Assembly (NCBI GenBank): GCA_963674735.2
Contig: CAXXQS010000001.1
Span: 1,792,001-1,856,000 of the forward strand
Reading direction: 5' to 3'
Length of the DNA: 64,000 nt
DNA from: Myxococcota bacterium
Lineage (GTDB): Bacteria > Myxococcota_A > SURF-8
Shown: positions 40,864 to 48,462 of the stretch, one piece after another
Numbering within the stretch: the first letter of the stretch is position 1
Layout of the letters: each line of letters starts with the position of its first letter
Position numbers and translations under genes: made by a program
Notes under the pieces: generated by a model
What the model was told of the DNA's origin: nothing
The model's input: only the letters and a program-made list of their open reading frames with translations
Databases searched by the model: none

Positions 40864-40890
40864 TTGACCTATGTGCTAGTTGCGACTAGC
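40864..40890 (+). promoter_or_regulatory. Candidate -35 and DtxR-family operator for the feo operon
   Basis: TTGACC followed by inverted repeat GCTAGT-tgcg-ACTAGC. Confidence 0.4.
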
Positions 40891-40918
40891 GCTGTTAGGC
40901 GCGATTGCAGGAAGGAAA

Positions 40919-41515
40919 ATGAACAAAAAAACGAAACATCATTTTGCCCCGCACCTTGGTGGAGGTGGCTATCCGCTAACCATGGCCGCTCCAGGAGAAT
41001 CGGTTGTGGTTCTTTGTTGCAACACCCGCGATCCGGACCTGAACCGACATCTGAGTGATATGGGAATCAGCCCTAGTGGAGTTCTTCAGATACTGTGCAA
41101 TGAAAATGGCCGTTTGACCGTTTTAACCGGTGATGCACGTATCGGAATCGATTCGGAGTTAGCAAGAAAAATCAATGTATCTCCCGCATGCGGCAGGCAC
41201 CATTGCCATCAGCATGAAGGTCACTGCCACAGACATCCATGTGCCTGCGGCGCAAAAAACGAAAGGAGTAAATCGGTGAAAGTTTCAATCAGTGCCGATG
41301 CCCTGATGAAAGGTCAGGAAGGAATCGTCAAACAAGTGAAAGGCGATCGAGCCGTCAATCGCCGGTTGCGAGACATGGGGTTGACGCCGGGGTCCCGCAT
41401 CCGCTGTGAAGGGAAAGCGCCTCTGGGCGATCCGATCGAGTTGGCGATTATGGGATACAAATTGACGCTTCGTAAAAGCGAAGCGGTCGGTGTTCTGGTG
41501 GAGGTGGAGGAATGA
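40919..41515 (+). CDS. feoA: Tandem double-FeoA protein with His/Cys-rich linker
   Basis: Two FeoA motifs (HLSDMGI; RLRDMGLTPG..APLGDP..LRKSEA). Confidence 0.88.
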   Translation: MNKKTKHHFAPHLGGGGYPLTMAAPGESVVVLCCNTRDPDLNRHLSDMGISPSGVLQILCNENGRLTVLTGDARIGIDSELARKINVSPACGRHHCHQHEGHCHRHPCACGAKNERSKSVKVSISADALMKGQEGIVKQVKGDRAVNRRLRDMGLTPGSRIRCEGKAPLGDPIELAIMGYKLTLRKSEAVGVLVEVEE

Positions 41516-43641
41516 GCAGCTTCACCATCGCCTTGGCAGGCAATCCCAATAGCGGTAAAACGACTATTTTCAATGCGCTGACGGGTGCCCGGCAACACGT
41601 GGGTAACTATCCGGGAGTGACCGTCGAAAAGAAAAGCGGGACGTTTATAGAAAACGGACACCCCATCGAAGTGGTGGACCTTCCCGGAACCTATAGTTTG
41701 ACGGCCTATTCGGAAGAAGAACAAGTGGCCCGACGCTTTGTTCTTGGTGAATCCCCCAACCTCATCGTTGATGTTGCCGACGCGTCCAACCTGGAACGAA
41801 ACCTTTACTTGGCGGTCCAGTTTATGGAAATGGGACAGCCGCTTGTGCTGGTTCTCAACATGCACGACGTCGCCGCAAATAGAGGAATTAAGATCGATCA
41901 TCAACGCCTTTCCTCCTTGTTAGGTGCGCCTGTCGTGCCGACGATCGCCAGCCACGGAAAAGGGCTCAATGTACTGAAATCAACCGTTCTCCACCGCGCG
42001 GAACGGGATAACAGCTTAAATTCGACAAAGCTTTCATACGGGGGCGATATCGATGCGGCACTCGATGAATTGGAGCCTCTTCTTGCAAACGATTCGTTTT
42101 GCCGGGAACGCTTCAATCCTCGTTGGCTGGCGCTTAAACTGATCGAACATGATGAAGAATTGACTGAGCTGGCACAGAACAATCTAAAACAGAGCGAAGA
42201 TGTTTTCGCTATCGTAAAACGTGTCACGATACACATCGAAAGCACCTTGGATGACTTACCCGAGAATGTGGTATCGGATTACCGTTACGGCTTTATCACC
42301 TCTGTCATCAAAGAATGCGTCACGCGTCCGGAAGTGGATCGTCGTACATTATCGGACAAACTCGATAAAGTACTAACTCACCGCATGCTGGGTCCGATAT
42401 TCCTGCTGGCGGTCATATGGGCCTTGTACGAGTTTGTCTTTACGGCCAGTGAAACTCCCGTTGGTTGGGTTGAAACTATCTTTGGCTGGCTCGGCTCTGC
42501 CGTTGAAACCGGCATGGCCGACGGTTTGCTCAAATCCATGATCGTATCGGGCGTCATCGACGGCGTCGGCGGTGTTTTGGGCTTTGTCCCCTTGATCATG
42601 TTCATGTTTTTCTTTATCGCCATCCTGGAGGACTCGGGGTACATGGCGCGAGTTGCGTTCATCCTTGACCGTGTGCTGCGTAGTTTCGGCATGCACGGCA
42701 ATTCGATGGTGGCCTTGATCGTATCCGGCGGCATCGCGGGCGGTTGCGCGGTACCCGGCGTGATGGCGACACGGACTCTGCGCGACCCGAAAGAACGACT
42801 GGCTACGATCCTCGTGGCGCCTTTTATGAACTGTGGAGCGAAGTTACCTGTGTTTGCCTTGTTGATCGCGGCTTTCTTCTCGGCACATCAGGGCACGATG
42901 ATGTTTTTGATCACGCTGCTGTCCTGGGCTTTCGCCTTGATCGCGGCTCGAATTTTGCGTGGCACGATCATCAAAGGAGAGTCTTCGCCGTTCATTATGG
43001 AGCTTCCTCCCTATCGGATACCGACCTTGCGAGGACTGCTGATCCACATGTGGGAACGAACCTGGCAATACATCAAAAAAGCGGGAACGATTATTCTGGC
43101 CGTCTCCATTCTGCTTTGGGCCTTGATGACATTCCCATCCCTGCCGGAAGAAAAAGCCACTGCAATTGAAGCCGAGACGACCCAAGGGGTTGCGGAAGAT
43201 GTCGTCGCCAACAAGCTGGCCGAAGCAGAGTTGGCACATTCCGTCGCCGGACGTGTCGGGAGAGCTTTGGAAGCGATTACCCAACCCTTGATGGGTTTCG
43301 ATTGGCGTACCAATATCGCCCTTGTCGGCGGATTTGCGGCAAAGGAAGTCGTCGTTGCAACGCTCGGTACCGCCTATTCCCTGGGAGAGATAGATCCCGA
43401 AGAGTCCGAATCACTTTCGGAAAGGCTGGCGAACGATCCTGGCTGGACACCTTTGTCCGCCTTCGCCCTCATCCTGTTTATTATGCTGTATGCCCCTTGT
43501 TTCGTGACGGTAGCAGTGATCAAACGCGAAACCCAGAGCTGGAAGTGGGCGGGTTTTTCAATGCTGTACACAACCGCAGCGGCGTTTGTCATTGCGACAG
43601 CCGTGTACCAGGTCGGCTCATTTTTGGGGATCGGAGTTTAA
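41512..43641 (+). CDS. feoB: Ferrous iron transporter FeoB
   Basis: GNPNSGKT, VGNYPGVTVE, DLPGTYSL, LEDSGYMAR, FMNCGAKLP, MELPPY. Confidence 0.97.
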   Translation: MSSFTIALAGNPNSGKTTIFNALTGARQHVGNYPGVTVEKKSGTFIENGHPIEVVDLPGTYSLTAYSEEEQVARRFVLGESPNLIVDVADASNLERNLYLAVQFMEMGQPLVLVLNMHDVAANRGIKIDHQRLSSLLGAPVVPTIASHGKGLNVLKSTVLHRAERDNSLNSTKLSYGGDIDAALDELEPLLANDSFCRERFNPRWLALKLIEHDEELTELAQNNLKQSEDVFAIVKRVTIHIESTLDDLPENVVSDYRYGFITSVIKECVTRPEVDRRTLSDKLDKVLTHRMLGPIFLLAVIWALYEFVFTASETPVGWVETIFGWLGSAVETGMADGLLKSMIVSGVIDGVGGVLGFVPLIMFMFFFIAILEDSGYMARVAFILDRVLRSFGMHGNSMVALIVSGGIAGGCAVPGVMATRTLRDPKERLATILVAPFMNCGAKLPVFALLIAAFFSAHQGTMMFLITLLSWAFALIAARILRGTIIKGESSPFIMELPPYRIPTLRGLLIHMWERTWQYIKKAGTIILAVSILLWALMTFPSLPEEKATAIEAETTQGVAEDVVANKLAEAELAHSVAGRVGRALEAITQPLMGFDWRTNIALVGGFAAKEVVVATLGTAYSLGEIDPEESESLSERLANDPGWTPLSAFALILFIMLYAPCFVTVAVIKRETQSWKWAGFSMLYTTAAAFVIATAVYQVGSFLGIGV

Positions 43642-43652
43642 GGAGAAAACAT

Positions 43653-43826
43653 ATGCTTGATTGCATTCTGATCGGTCTTGTCGTGCTTATGGCCATTTCC
43701 TACTTGGTTTTGGCTCTACGAAAAAAATGCAGGGCCGTATCGACCCCTTGTGCTACGGGCTGTAGCAACTGCAATGGCTGCTCCGTTCGGATCCAAGAAC
43801 AAAATCAAACGGATAATCGCCAATGA
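43653..43826 (+). CDS. FeoB-associated Cys-rich membrane protein
   Basis: SD AAGGAG; TM helix then CATGCSNCNGC; directly after feoB. Confidence 0.85.
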   Translation: MLDCILIGLVVLMAISYLVLALRKKCRAVSTPCATGCSNCNGCSVRIQEQNQTDNRQ

Positions 43827-44023
43827 AAGTAGCTCCCGATAGCCTCGACAAGAGTTTCTGTACCAAAACCGATGAACTACGTTGTGAGTGTCATCGTCTG
43901 TTGGCGCGGATAAATGGTCACAACCTTGAGTTGAGATGTCCGCGCTGTAAACGAAAACTTGAAATTGACTTGGACGAATTAGCGAAAACGCAATCGATAC
44001 CCCTGTCGCTTCATCTCAGATAA
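43823..44023 (+). CDS. Mu Com-like zinc-ribbon protein
   Basis: ELRCECHRLLAR..LELRCPRCKR matches the Com zinc-finger pattern; start overlaps the previous stop codon. Confidence 0.8.
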   Translation: MKVAPDSLDKSFCTKTDELRCECHRLLARINGHNLELRCPRCKRKLEIDLDELAKTQSIPLSLHLR

Positions 44024-44094
44024 ACGACCAAAATCATTTCAGTGGTCGGAGACCGGTTAGAGTCCAGAGCCACGAAGCTTAAAGGAGACAAGAA

Positions 44095-44886
44095 ATGCTG
44101 AAGAGTGGACTGCGAATCGGTTTAGCCATGATGTTCATGATGATTTGCTCTGTCGCCCAAGCGGCGGACACCACTGAAACCTTCGATGTAGGAGCCACGG
44201 ACTTCGAATTTTATATGGGTCTTGATGGCGTCGGTCTGAGTAAATACAACGGAACCATTGCGGGAGAAGCCCTGATCGGTTACGGATTTATGGACCGGTT
44301 TTCCGGCTACCTGACTGCCGCCGGTGAATCCAATGAATACTTTGGGGAAGGCAGCGGAAGCCTGGCTTTCGGAATTTTCGGAACTCCCGTCGATTCCGAT
44401 CATTTCGATCTCGACCTTTTCCTCGATGCGAGTTTCTCCCCCGATGAGTTCGGTTTGACTCCGGCACTTGAGTTGAACTTCGACCTTGCTCCCGACCTTG
44501 AGGTTTGGGGAGTCTATATTCGTGTGGAGGAAGGTTTTTCCGGTCGCGACGAGTCCACGGAAGACGATCCGGCCACGGTCGCTGTCGACGAATCCGAAAC
44601 CAAGTTCGTCCTCGCGCCCACAACCGGCTTAACCATCGGAACTTATTGGACGGTTGCGGAAAATCACCAGTTGCTGCTTGAATATGATATGAGCATCGCC
44701 AACAATGCCGAAGACGGTGAAGACGCGGTGGAAATCGGCTCTGCGGCTCTGGGGTACAACGTCATGCTGTCCGACTCCATCGAAATGATCAACCAGATCA
44801 CATTCGATATTCCGCAGAACGATGAAGACTTCTCGCTCGGTATCAGCACCGGTATCATCGTCACATTACCGACAGTAGGAGAGTAA
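44095..44886 (+). CDS. Acidic exported protein, probable outer-membrane beta-barrel/porin
   Basis: SD AAGGAG, signal peptide ending AQA, alternating hydrophobic strands, very Asp/Glu-rich. Confidence 0.65.
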   Translation: MLKSGLRIGLAMMFMMICSVAQAADTTETFDVGATDFEFYMGLDGVGLSKYNGTIAGEALIGYGFMDRFSGYLTAAGESNEYFGEGSGSLAFGIFGTPVDSDHFDLDLFLDASFSPDEFGLTPALELNFDLAPDLEVWGVYIRVEEGFSGRDESTEDDPATVAVDESETKFVLAPTTGLTIGTYWTVAENHQLLLEYDMSIANNAEDGEDAVEIGSAALGYNVMLSDSIEMINQITFDIPQNDEDFSLGISTGIIVTLPTVGE

Positions 44887-44911
44887 GAAGCACGAAAAGG
44901 CGCCTGAAATG

Positions 44912-44940
44912 GACGGAGTCGATCGCGACTCCGTCTTTTC
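44912..44940 (+). terminator. Rho-independent terminator ending the feo operon
   Basis: GACGGAGTCG-atcg-CGACTCCGTC-TTTT. Confidence 0.85.
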
Positions 44941-44978
44941 ATTTATACCTGCCACCCCGCTATCGTTTACAAACGCCA

Positions 44979-45007
44979 TTGACAGTCATGTCAACCGGGT
45001 TTACTCT
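44979..45007 (+). promoter_or_regulatory. Sigma-70 promoter with palindromic -35
   Basis: TTGACA-17 nt-TACTCT; TTGACA-gtca-TGTCAA inverted repeat. Confidence 0.55.
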
Positions 45008-45039
45008 CTCGGCAACAGTCATCGAACAACGTGAATGTC

Positions 45040-46332
45040 ATGTCTTACAAGCCCGTTCATCCTCTGCTTGCCTATCTCGCGCCGATCAGGCCCGGTCATC
45101 GCTTTGCTGGACATTTCCGCCTCAACGATATCCAGGGCGAACACGACGCCGTCCTGCAATTGACGGATGAACGTAAAGGAAAAGTTTTCGCCATTCATGT
45201 TCAACCCGCCGACCGCAAGGGTGGAGCATTGATACGTACACCTCGCCTTAAACTGGCCTGGCCCAATCCCTATCCACCTGACCGTGAAACCGAGCGTCTG
45301 GTACGCGTAATCGGCCGGATTCTGGAACAAAACCTCGTTTCGACTTCCGAAGCGGAGTTCCAGGCACTCTTCACACAATCACCGGGTCCATCAGAACTTG
45401 TCCCTGTCCCCGCCGAACAGGTCATGGAGCTCTTGGTAGGATTGGAATGCAGTTCCAATTGCCTTTTTTGCTCTGATCGCCCGGACACTCGTCCCGGTCC
45501 TGAAAAAGCGCACCTCCTCGATGTCTTGCAAAAAGGTTACGAACAGGGGTTTCGCGGACTTGAATTCGGAGGACTGGAACCCACTTCACGTCGGGACTTG
45601 CACGATCTAATCGCAGCGGCTCGCAGTATCGGCTTCAAGAGCATTCAGGTTATCTCCAACGGTGAACGTCTCGCCGACTCCGGCTATCTACGAGAACTTT
45701 TCGATGCCGGATTGAGCATGCTCGTATTGTCGATCCACGCAGCAGACGAAGCCACCGAAACCACGCTCACCCGCTGCCCCGGCCTCTTCGCCAAAAAGCA
45801 GCAAGCGCTTAAAAACCTGCAGGAACTCCTCGGCAGCCGAGCGGCTCAACGTCAAACCGGTCGTTTTTTCCGCAGCAATACCGTCCTTGCTCGACCCAAT
45901 CTTGAGGGACTGCAGACTTTGATCGACTGGCTGGACACCTACGAACCCAGCGCTCTTTTTCTGCATTATCCATGGATCAACGGACAAGCCCAGCGTCACT
46001 TCGCAGAGATCGTCCCAAGCTACGCAGACGTGGAAATAGCACTCGGACCCTTGAAAGCTCGCCTCAACGACGAAAACGGTCGTCTATCGGTATTAAATCT
46101 CCCCCCCTGCATCGGTCGTGCCTTCGCTTCGCGTCAGATTACACACAAAAATATTCTGGTTAACTCGGAGAGCCGGATGAACAGCTCTTCGGATGAAATC
46201 TGCACAGATCCCATGGACAGCAGTCTTACCCACGCCGAACCCTGCCGACGTTGCCAAGCCGTCGTCACCTGCCCAGGTATCTCGCGACATTACCTATCTC
46301 GCTACGGGGCTGACGATCTCCGGCCTTTCTAA
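45040..46332 (+). CDS. Radical SAM protein with N-terminal extension and C-terminal CxxCx5C (HxsC-like) domain
   Basis: CSSNCLFC, GGLEPT, ISNG; C-terminal CRRCQAVVTCPGISRHYLSRYG. Confidence 0.8.
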   Translation: MSYKPVHPLLAYLAPIRPGHRFAGHFRLNDIQGEHDAVLQLTDERKGKVFAIHVQPADRKGGALIRTPRLKLAWPNPYPPDRETERLVRVIGRILEQNLVSTSEAEFQALFTQSPGPSELVPVPAEQVMELLVGLECSSNCLFCSDRPDTRPGPEKAHLLDVLQKGYEQGFRGLEFGGLEPTSRRDLHDLIAAARSIGFKSIQVISNGERLADSGYLRELFDAGLSMLVLSIHAADEATETTLTRCPGLFAKKQQALKNLQELLGSRAAQRQTGRFFRSNTVLARPNLEGLQTLIDWLDTYEPSALFLHYPWINGQAQRHFAEIVPSYADVEIALGPLKARLNDENGRLSVLNLPPCIGRAFASRQITHKNILVNSESRMNSSSDEICTDPMDSSLTHAEPCRRCQAVVTCPGISRHYLSRYGADDLRPF

Positions 46333-46379
46333 ACTCGATTGAGTGTTAATATTTCAGCTGACACAGGAGGAATTTAGGC

Positions 46380-46419
46380 AAAAAAAAATGGCGAGAGTTT
46401 GGGGGAGGCCTCTCGCCAT
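46380..46419 (-). terminator. Rho-independent terminator of the minus-strand ncRNA
   Basis: RNA AUGGCGAGAG-GCCUCCCCCAAA-CUCUCGCCAU followed by a U run (A9 at 46380-46388 on the + strand). Confidence 0.9.
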
Positions 46420-46487
46420 ATCCGTTACCCCGATACTGCAGGTAACGAAAGTGCCGGTTCGAGCTAGGGGGCTTCTCGAACCAACCT

Positions 46488-46593
46488 CGTAGGGTCCAAC
46501 GATACTGCTGTCGAACTCTACGATGCGGAATTCGACGATACTGCTGCCGAATCCCACAATGCGAAACCCAACGATACTGCTGTTGAATTCCAC
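46488..46593. repeat. Three 36-bp tandem hairpin units
   Basis: GATACTGCT cores start at 46501, 46537 and 46573; a fourth GATACTGC is at 46432. Confidence 0.9.
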
Positions 46594-46683
46594 TTGGACA
46601 GTCGCCGGTAGGGGGAACCGGCTAAATCCTTACTGAGGGCAAATGATTCAATGAACAGATCAAATCAGTCGAGCAATTGTTAT

Positions 46684-46699
46684 AGCAAACATGGTGCCA
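46684..46699 (-). promoter_or_regulatory. Sigma-54 (-24/-12) promoter
   Basis: Minus strand TGGCAC-CATGT-TTGCT versus consensus TGGCACG-N4-TTGCW, with exact spacing. Confidence 0.85.
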
Positions 46700-46829
46700 A
46701 CTTTAGAATATTCATCACGTAATCACATGAAAACGAAATTATATCTGTCATATCAGCCATATGTAATTCCTGCAAAAATGGATCTCGACGTTATTCCTTT
46801 TCAACCAACCAACCATCCAAAGCTGGCAC

Positions 46830-46844
46830 GTGCATATTATGCAC
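46830..46844. promoter_or_regulatory. Candidate enhancer (UAS) palindrome
   Basis: GTGCATA-T-TATGCAC about 160 bp upstream of the sigma-54 start site. Confidence 0.5.
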
Positions 46845-46901
46845 TTTCCTCCAGACGCTCTCGCACTCTGCGCAATTATTTCGCTATTCCTCGCTTTTTC
46901 C

Positions 46902-46930
46902 TTGCTCCAACTCTTGAAAACCGCTAATCT
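46902..46930 (+). promoter_or_regulatory. Putative sigma-70 promoter of the response regulator
   Basis: TTGCTC-17 nt-TAATCT. Confidence 0.4.
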
Positions 46931-46965
46931 GATTCAGGTCAGGCACAGATTTCGGAGAATCAATT

Positions 46966-48366
46966 ATGCCCTCTTTGACAAAGAAAAGGGTCCTCGTCAT
47001 CGACGATGAGGCCTTGGCACGTTCCACAATCTCATTCTATTTACAGGATGTTGGCTATGATGTAGTCGAAGCGGCCAGCGCCGAGGAGGGCTTGCGGCTC
47101 ACCCTGGAACATACTCCCCAGGTTGTTGTGTCGGACATTCGTCTGGAAGGTATGTCCGGCATTGAACTACTTGGAAAAATTAACGAAATACATCCCAACA
47201 CCTTGGTTATTTTGATTACCGCCTACGGCACCATCCAGGAGGCGGTTAACGCCATGAATCTGGGGGCTGAAAACTATCTGACAAAACCCGTGAATTTATC
47301 GGAACTTGAACTTATCGTCGACCGCGCAATCGAGAAAAGTAACCTCATTCAAGAAACGCATTATTTACGTCAACAGCTTCGTGCCACCAAGAAATTTGAG
47401 CGTTTGGTGGGTAATCATTCCAACATGCAAGACGTGTTCAAGATCATCGAACAGGTGGCTCCATCGATGGCCAACGTCCTTATCTATGGCGAATCCGGAA
47501 CCGGTAAGGAACTGGTTGGAGAAGCCATTCACCGCCTTTCCAGCCGGGCAGACGGTCCATTCATTAAAGTTAATTGCGCCGTTTTTTCAGAGACTTTGCT
47601 CGAAAGTGAATTGTTCGGCCATGAGAAAGGGGCCTTTACCGGCGCCTACACACGCCGTGAAGGACGCTTCGAAGCCGCAAACGGAGGAACGCTATTTCTA
47701 GACGATGTCAACGTCATGCCCGAAGTCACCCAGGTGAAAATTTTGCGTTTCCTCCAGGAACGCGAACTGGAGCGCGTCGGCGGCACGAAAACCATCAAAG
47801 TTGATGTGCGTGTCATCGCCGCAACCAACCGCCCCCTCAATGAAGAAGTACAACTGGGCAATTTCCGCGAGGATCTCTACTATCGCCTCAACGTCATCCC
47901 CGTGAACCTCCCGCCGCTACGCGAACGTAAATCGGACATCCCACTTTTAGTCGGTCATTTCGTCAAAAAATACGCAGAAAAGAACAACGCTAGCGTCCGT
48001 GATATCGATGACGACGCCTTGGCATTGTGCATGAATTACGATTGGCCGGGCAATGTTCGAGAACTCGAAAATATCATCGAACGAGCCGTTATCATGACAC
48101 GTGGAGAAACGATTCAGCGCAAACATTTCCCGACTCTCGAAAAAGACTCACCCAGTTCGGATGATCACGGCATCATAGTGGGTCGCACAATGGATGAGAT
48201 CGAAAAAGAGGCTGTGTTAAGAACTTTAGCTGCTTTTCAAGGAAGTACTAAAAAAGCGGCTGAGACTCTAAACGTCAGCGTACGAAAAATTCAGTACAAG
48301 TTAAAACAATACCGAAAAGAAGCCATCGCCAGCGGAGAACCGCTGGACGAAATCCTAAAAAAGTGA
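46966..48366 (+). CDS. Sigma-54-dependent response regulator (NtrC/AtoC family; REC-AAA+-HTH)
   Basis: IDDE/SD/TAYG/TKP receiver, GESGTGKE, GAFTGA, FREDLYYRL, WPGNVREL, Fis-type HTH. Confidence 0.96.
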   Translation: MPSLTKKRVLVIDDEALARSTISFYLQDVGYDVVEAASAEEGLRLTLEHTPQVVVSDIRLEGMSGIELLGKINEIHPNTLVILITAYGTIQEAVNAMNLGAENYLTKPVNLSELELIVDRAIEKSNLIQETHYLRQQLRATKKFERLVGNHSNMQDVFKIIEQVAPSMANVLIYGESGTGKELVGEAIHRLSSRADGPFIKVNCAVFSETLLESELFGHEKGAFTGAYTRREGRFEAANGGTLFLDDVNVMPEVTQVKILRFLQERELERVGGTKTIKVDVRVIAATNRPLNEEVQLGNFREDLYYRLNVIPVNLPPLRERKSDIPLLVGHFVKKYAEKNNASVRDIDDDALALCMNYDWPGNVRELENIIERAVIMTRGETIQRKHFPTLEKDSPSSDDHGIIVGRTMDEIEKEAVLRTLAAFQGSTKKAAETLNVSVRKIQYKLKQYRKEAIASGEPLDEILKK

Positions 48367-48462
48367 GACAATACCCATTCCCTATCGGAATTCCTATTGC
48401 GAAGGTCGGTCTTCGCTTCATACAACCGGGTTGAAGTTCCCGGATGCCGTCGGAGCAACGCA

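Larger units (their letters stand above)
46380..46673 (-). ncRNA. Putative sigma-54-dependent multi-hairpin small RNA (~295 nt)
   Basis: Bounded by a -24/-12 promoter and a terminator; seven consecutive hairpins (4 with GCAGUAUC loops, 3 with CCCCC loops); stems rely on G-U pairs possible only on the minus strand. Confidence 0.8.

Noticed and set aside
46354-46593. 79-aa minus-strand ORF with SSIV(G/E)F repeats as a RiPP precursor for the adjacent radical SAM enzyme
   Set aside because: GTG start has no SD and sits in a stem, and the ORF runs through the terminator U tract. The 36-nt unit gives peptide repeats automatically, and substitutions preserve base pairing. Not fully excluded without ribosome profiling.
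46488-46593. 36-bp periodic repeat as a mini CRISPR array
   Set aside because: Units are contiguous with no unique spacers, the constant part is a 9-nt loop, and no cas genes are present.
46824-46842. TGGCACG on the + strand as a second sigma-54 promoter
   Set aside because: No TTGC at the required -12 spacing; better explained as overlapping the GTGCA..TGCAC palindrome.
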